Shown: positions 60,125 to 64,000 of the stretch, in pieces
Layout of the letters: every line of letters starts with the position of its first letter
Position numbering within the stretch: position 1 is the stretch's first letter
Assembly: GCA_051252135.1 (NCBI GenBank)
Contig: JBPOGH010000014.1
Coordinates: 61,835 to 125,834, forward strand
Length of the DNA stretch: 64,000 bases
Direction of reading: 5' to 3'
DNA from: Verrucomicrobiaceae bacterium
GTDB lineage: Bacteria; Verrucomicrobiota; Verrucomicrobiia; Verrucomicrobiales; Akkermansiaceae
Program-made: the position numbers and the translations under genes
The notes under the pieces: generated by a model
Databases searched by the model: none
The model's input: only the letters and a program-made list of their open reading frames with translations
What the model was told of the DNA's origin: nothing

Positions 60125-60146
60125 TCTTCTGACTTAAAAAATTCTC

Positions 60147-60182
60147 AAAGCCACAGGTCGATCTCCGACCTGTGGTTTTTTT
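60147..60182 (+). terminator. Rho-independent terminator
   Basis: ccacaggtcg-atctc-cgacctgtgg followed by T7. Confidence 0.85.
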
Positions 60183-60311
60183 CTCCCCCCCCAACCAAAA
60201 TCAGGCACCTCTCAGCGAAATCTCCAAACTCCGACATCCCTCAAAGACAGGATAGAAATTCACCTCATTTTTAGTATCCTAAGTCCCCTTCCCTCAGCTC
60301 AGATCATTCTC

Positions 60312-63300
60312 ATGAAACTCACCTTTTTCCCGCTCGTCCTTTCCCTTCTCTCGTTCGCCGCCCAGGCCGCCGAACCCCTCACTGTTTCAAAAGACGACCA
60401 CATCGTCCTCCTCGGAAACGGCCTCGGCTCCCGCATGATGCAATACGGCGTCTTCGAATCCTCCCTCCAGCTTCTCCACCCCGATAAACACCTCGTCATC
60501 CGCAACATGTGCGATGAGGGCAACACCCCCGGCTTCCGCCCCCACTCCTCCCGCCCCTCCCCGTGGGCTTTCCCCGGCGCTGAAAAATTCCACCCCCCAC
60601 TCTCTAAGAAAAAAGACCGCTGGGGCTCCGGCCAATCCGGCAACGGCAGCATGGACACCCCCGATGAATGGCTCACCCGCCTCGAAGCCGATACCATCAT
60701 CGCCTTCTTCGGCTTCAACGAATCCTTCAACGGACAAGCCGGACTCAAAAACTTCAAACACGAGCTCACCGCCTTCATCCACCACACCCGCGCCCAAAAA
60801 TACAACGGCACCTCCGCCCCCCAGCTCGCCTTGGTGTCTCCTGTCGGATTCGAAGACAACTCATCTGATCACGGAATCACCGTAAACAAAAACCTCGCGC
60901 TCTATACCAACGCGATGAAGGAAATCGCACATGCCGAAGGCGTCCCGTTCGTAAACCTCTTCGCGCCCTACCAATCCTGGGTCCTGGAAAGCAAAGAGCC
61001 CCTCACTCTCGATGGCAACCTCCTCGGCAACAAAGGCTACCAAAAAGTCGCCGCCACCCTCCTCCACACCCTCTTCGAAAACACCACTCCCACCGGCGAC
61101 CACAAATCCGTCCTCGCCGCCGTCCTCGAAAAAAACTGGATGTGGGAAAAGTTCTACAAAATCCCCAACGGCGTCCACGTCTACGGCAAGCGCCACAAAC
61201 CCTACGGCCCCGCCAACTACCCCGCCGAACTCAAAAAACTCGAGGAGCTCACCGCCGTTCGTGACCAGGCCATCTGGGCTGCCCTCGCCGGCAAGCCTTT
61301 CGATCTCGCCGCCGCCGATGCCAAAACATCCCCGCTCCCGGAGATCAAAACCAACTACAAGCCCAGTAAGAAAAACGGCTCCACCGAATACCTCTACGGC
61401 GACGACGCCCTCGCCAGCTTCACCACTGCTCCCGGATACCAGATCGAGCTCTTCGCTTCCGAAAAAGAATTCCCCCACCTCGCCAACCCCGTCCAAATCT
61501 CCTTCGATAACCAAGGCCGCCTCTGGATCGCCACCATGCCCAGCTACCCGCACTACAAACCCGGCGATGCCAAACCCTCCGACAAGCTCCTCATCCTCGA
61601 GGACACCAACAACGACGGCAAAGCCGACAAGGAAACCATCTTCGCCGAAGGCCTCCACCTCCCCACCGGGTTCGAGATCGCACACAACGGCGTCTACGTC
61701 GCCCAAGGCAACCACCTGATCTTCCTGCAGGACACCAACGGCGATGACAAAGCCGACGTCCGCGAAATCGTCCTCAGCGGCTTCGATGACCACGACACCC
61801 ACCACGTCATCAGCGCCTTCTGCGCCGACCCCTCCGGCGCCATCTACATGGGCGAAGGCACCTTCCTCCACTCCCACGTCGAGACCGCCTACGGCCCCGT
61901 CCGTTCCTCCAACGGCGGCTTCTTCCGCTACTCACCCCAGAGCGGTCAACTCGAGCGCACCTCCCGCATCTCCATCCCCAACCCCTGGGGCACCGCCTTA
62001 GATGACTTCGGCCAACCCTTCTTCCTCAAAACCTCCGACCCCGACCTCCACTGGATGACCCCCAGCAACGTCAACGTCGACTACGGCCAATTCGCCCCCA
62101 CCTCGCCCAGCATCGTCGAAAACGAACAACGCGTCCGCCCCACCTCCGGACTTGAGTTCGTCTCCAGCCGCCACTTCCCCGATGACGTCCAGGGCGACCT
62201 CCTCCTCAACAACACCATCGGCTTCCTCGGCATCAAACAACACCAGCTCCACGACTCCGAGGCCGGCTACAAGGCAACCCACCGCCACGATCTCGTCACC
62301 TCCACCGATGGCAACTTCCGCCCCGTCGATCTCGAATTCGCACCGGACGGCTCCCTCTACCTCTGCGACTGGCATAACGTCCTCGTCGGCCACATGCAGC
62401 ACTCCGCCCGCGACCCCCTCCGCGATCACGTCCACGGCCGCATCTACCGCATCACCTACCCCGATCGCCCCCTCGTCAAGCCCGCCTCCATCCACAACGC
62501 ACCCATCGCCACCCTCTTCGAAAACCTCACCCTCCCCGAGTCCCGCACCCGCTACCGCACCCGTCGCGAACTCCGCGGACGCAACCCAAGGGAATTCTTC
62601 CCCGTTCTACAAAAATGGGACTCTTCCCTTGATCCCAAATCGCCTCGTTACGAGCACCATCTCCTCGAAGTCCTCTGGGTCACCTGGGGACTCGATGCTG
62701 TCGATGCCTCTCTCCTCAAATCACTCCTCGCTGCAAAAGACTCCCGCGTCCGCGCCGCCGCCATCGAAGTCCTCCGCCACTCCGGCCACCAGATTCCCAA
62801 CCAGGCCGAACTCCTCCAAAAAACAGCCACCGACCCGTCAGCCCGCGTCCGCCTCGTGACCGCCGCCGCCGCCTCCTGGCTCACCCCCAAAGAAGGACTC
62901 CCCATCCTCGATGCCGTCGCCAAACAACCCGTCGACTCCTGGATCAAGCCCGTCCTCGAAACCGCCCAAGCCCACCTCAAGGGCCAGGCCGTCACCGGTG
63001 ACGCCGCCGAAGAACTCCACAAGCCCACCACCCCACTCAAAGGAGAAGCCCTCACCCTCTTCAAAAAAGGAGCCGAAGTCTACTCCCGCGAAGGCCACTG
63101 CATCACCTGCCACCAACCCGATGGCGAAGGACTCCCCGCCGCCATGTTCCCCCCTCTCACCGAAACAAAATGGGTCAACGGCAGCGAAGAACGCCTCATC
63201 AAACTCACCATGCACGGCCTCATGGGCCCCATCGAAATCAAAGGCAAACAATATCCCGGCCAAGTCCCCATGACCGCCTTCAAAGGCCTCTCCGATGACG

Positions 63301-63455
63301 AACTCGCCGCCGTCCTCACCTACGTCCGCAACACCTTCGGAAACTCCGCCCCCATGGTCACTCCTGCCAAAGTCAAAGCAGTCCGCGAAGCCACCAAATC
63401 CCAGGAAGGCTTCTACTCACCGGAAGAACTCCTCAAAGAGCACCCGCACGACTAA
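60312..63455 (+). CDS. PVC-type heme-binding CxxCH protein with N-terminal SGNH/GDSL-like domain
   Basis: 'IVLLGNGL..FFGFNES'; 'LANPVQISFDNQGRLW', 'LEDTNNDGKAD', 'FRPVDLEFAPDGSLYLCDWHN'; HEAT repeats; CITCH. Confidence 0.9.
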   Translation: MKLTFFPLVLSLLSFAAQAAEPLTVSKDDHIVLLGNGLGSRMMQYGVFESSLQLLHPDKHLVIRNMCDEGNTPGFRPHSSRPSPWAFPGAEKFHPPLSKKKDRWGSGQSGNGSMDTPDEWLTRLEADTIIAFFGFNESFNGQAGLKNFKHELTAFIHHTRAQKYNGTSAPQLALVSPVGFEDNSSDHGITVNKNLALYTNAMKEIAHAEGVPFVNLFAPYQSWVLESKEPLTLDGNLLGNKGYQKVAATLLHTLFENTTPTGDHKSVLAAVLEKNWMWEKFYKIPNGVHVYGKRHKPYGPANYPAELKKLEELTAVRDQAIWAALAGKPFDLAAADAKTSPLPEIKTNYKPSKKNGSTEYLYGDDALASFTTAPGYQIELFASEKEFPHLANPVQISFDNQGRLWIATMPSYPHYKPGDAKPSDKLLILEDTNNDGKADKETIFAEGLHLPTGFEIAHNGVYVAQGNHLIFLQDTNGDDKADVREIVLSGFDDHDTHHVISAFCADPSGAIYMGEGTFLHSHVETAYGPVRSSNGGFFRYSPQSGQLERTSRISIPNPWGTALDDFGQPFFLKTSDPDLHWMTPSNVNVDYGQFAPTSPSIVENEQRVRPTSGLEFVSSRHFPDDVQGDLLLNNTIGFLGIKQHQLHDSEAGYKATHRHDLVTSTDGNFRPVDLEFAPDGSLYLCDWHNVLVGHMQHSARDPLRDHVHGRIYRITYPDRPLVKPASIHNAPIATLFENLTLPESRTRYRTRRELRGRNPREFFPVLQKWDSSLDPKSPRYEHHLLEVLWVTWGLDAVDASLLKSLLAAKDSRVRAAAIEVLRHSGHQIPNQAELLQKTATDPSARVRLVTAAAASWLTPKEGLPILDAVAKQPVDSWIKPVLETAQAHLKGQAVTGDAAEELHKPTTPLKGEALTLFKKGAEVYSREGHCITCHQPDGEGLPAAMFPPLTETKWVNGSEERLIKLTMHGLMGPIEIKGKQYPGQVPMTAFKGLSDDELAAVLTYVRNTFGNSAPMVTPAKVKAVREATKSQEGFYSPEELLKEHPHD

Positions 63456-63465
63456 CTCCCTCCCA

Positions 63466-63511
63466 CGTCCTGAAGGGACGTAAGAACAAAGCATGGGGTT
63501 TCAACCCCATG
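63466..63511. repeat. Double-hairpin REP-like element
   Basis: cgtcc-tgaag-ggacg plus catggggtt-tc-aaccccatg. Confidence 0.6.
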
Positions 63512-63925
63512 GACCAACGTCGCAAAAAATCCCGGCCAAGCCCGGCACCCCGAAGCACCCCTCCAATCCCCCGCAGGCCTCCGCCAAATACCGCCATCCC
63601 CACGCATTCGGAATCATCCCCCCTTAAAAATCGGCTCTAGTTTGTCCGCTCACATCCCCATCTCCCAAAACAAAGGGAGAACGCCATGCGACACCTCTTC
63701 CGTCGCGGCACAACCCGATGTGAACATGAAAAACTACCGCCTCATCCTCCCGAACCGCTCCGATCACCAACCCGCTCCCACCCCCACCCACGAGCGCCAC
63801 GTCGGCTTTGCCAAATCCTCCACCCCCCGCCCCTCCCGCAAAATCCGCCTCTTCCCCTCGAACCCTCCCCACTTCGATGGAGCAACAAGCACCCTCTCCC
63901 TCATGACCGCCAGCCCTTCGAGCTC

Positions 63926-64000
63926 CTAGGGAAGCGCTGATTAAAGAGGGAGTTCGCTGCTGCAAGTCATTTTGAAGTCTGGCAAGGCGCGAAGGGTGAC
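63926..64000. mobile_element. Probable left end of an IS5-type element or MITE, cut by the window edge
   Basis: CTAG followed by GGAAGCGCTGATTAA (resembles IS5-family terminal repeats); the C-skew disappears abruptly from this point. Confidence 0.45.

Noticed and set aside
1221..63483. Hundreds of long alternative ORFs (Pro/Ser/Thr-rich on +, Gly/Val/Glu-rich on -), e.g. 1315..2943, 9082..10596, 27846..29429, 52481..53947
   Set aside because: Shadow frames of real genes; the C-rich skew depletes stop codons and they show no family motifs

Overview
Gene-dense bacterial window, most likely from a marine Verrucomicrobiota genome (PEP-CTERM proteins, two PVC-type heme-binding CxxCH proteins, an ECF sigma/FecR pair, many Cys-type sulfatases). 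About 33 real CDSs, all but three on the + strand. Main content: (i) red-algal sulfated-galactan catabolism, with a lambda-carrageenase (GH150/CglA-like) among four sulfatases, a GH86-like agarase/porphyranase next to a sulfatase, a TIM-barrel + GMC oxidoreductase (3-ketoglycoside-type) operon, and nine sulfatase domains in total; (ii) many secreted or surface proteins, seven sharing a mostly C-terminal 'S-x-D-L-x-x-W ... F-x-R' module and three carrying PEP-CTERM; (iii) an AlkP-TPR-sulfotransferase fusion directly upstream of a small PEP-CTERM protein and a decayed GNAT-like gene, a candidate surface-protein sulfation system. Non-coding observations: extreme C-over-G strand skew interrupted by unskewed islands, a ~30-bp DNA element found in-frame inside three proteins, heptamer repeats at sulfatase 5' ends, a duplicated ECF-like promoter motif, REP-like hairpins, and a probable IS5-type/MITE end at the right edge. 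No rRNA, tRNA or CRISPR array was seen. Family calls rest on motif recognition and recalled sequences; no database search was run.
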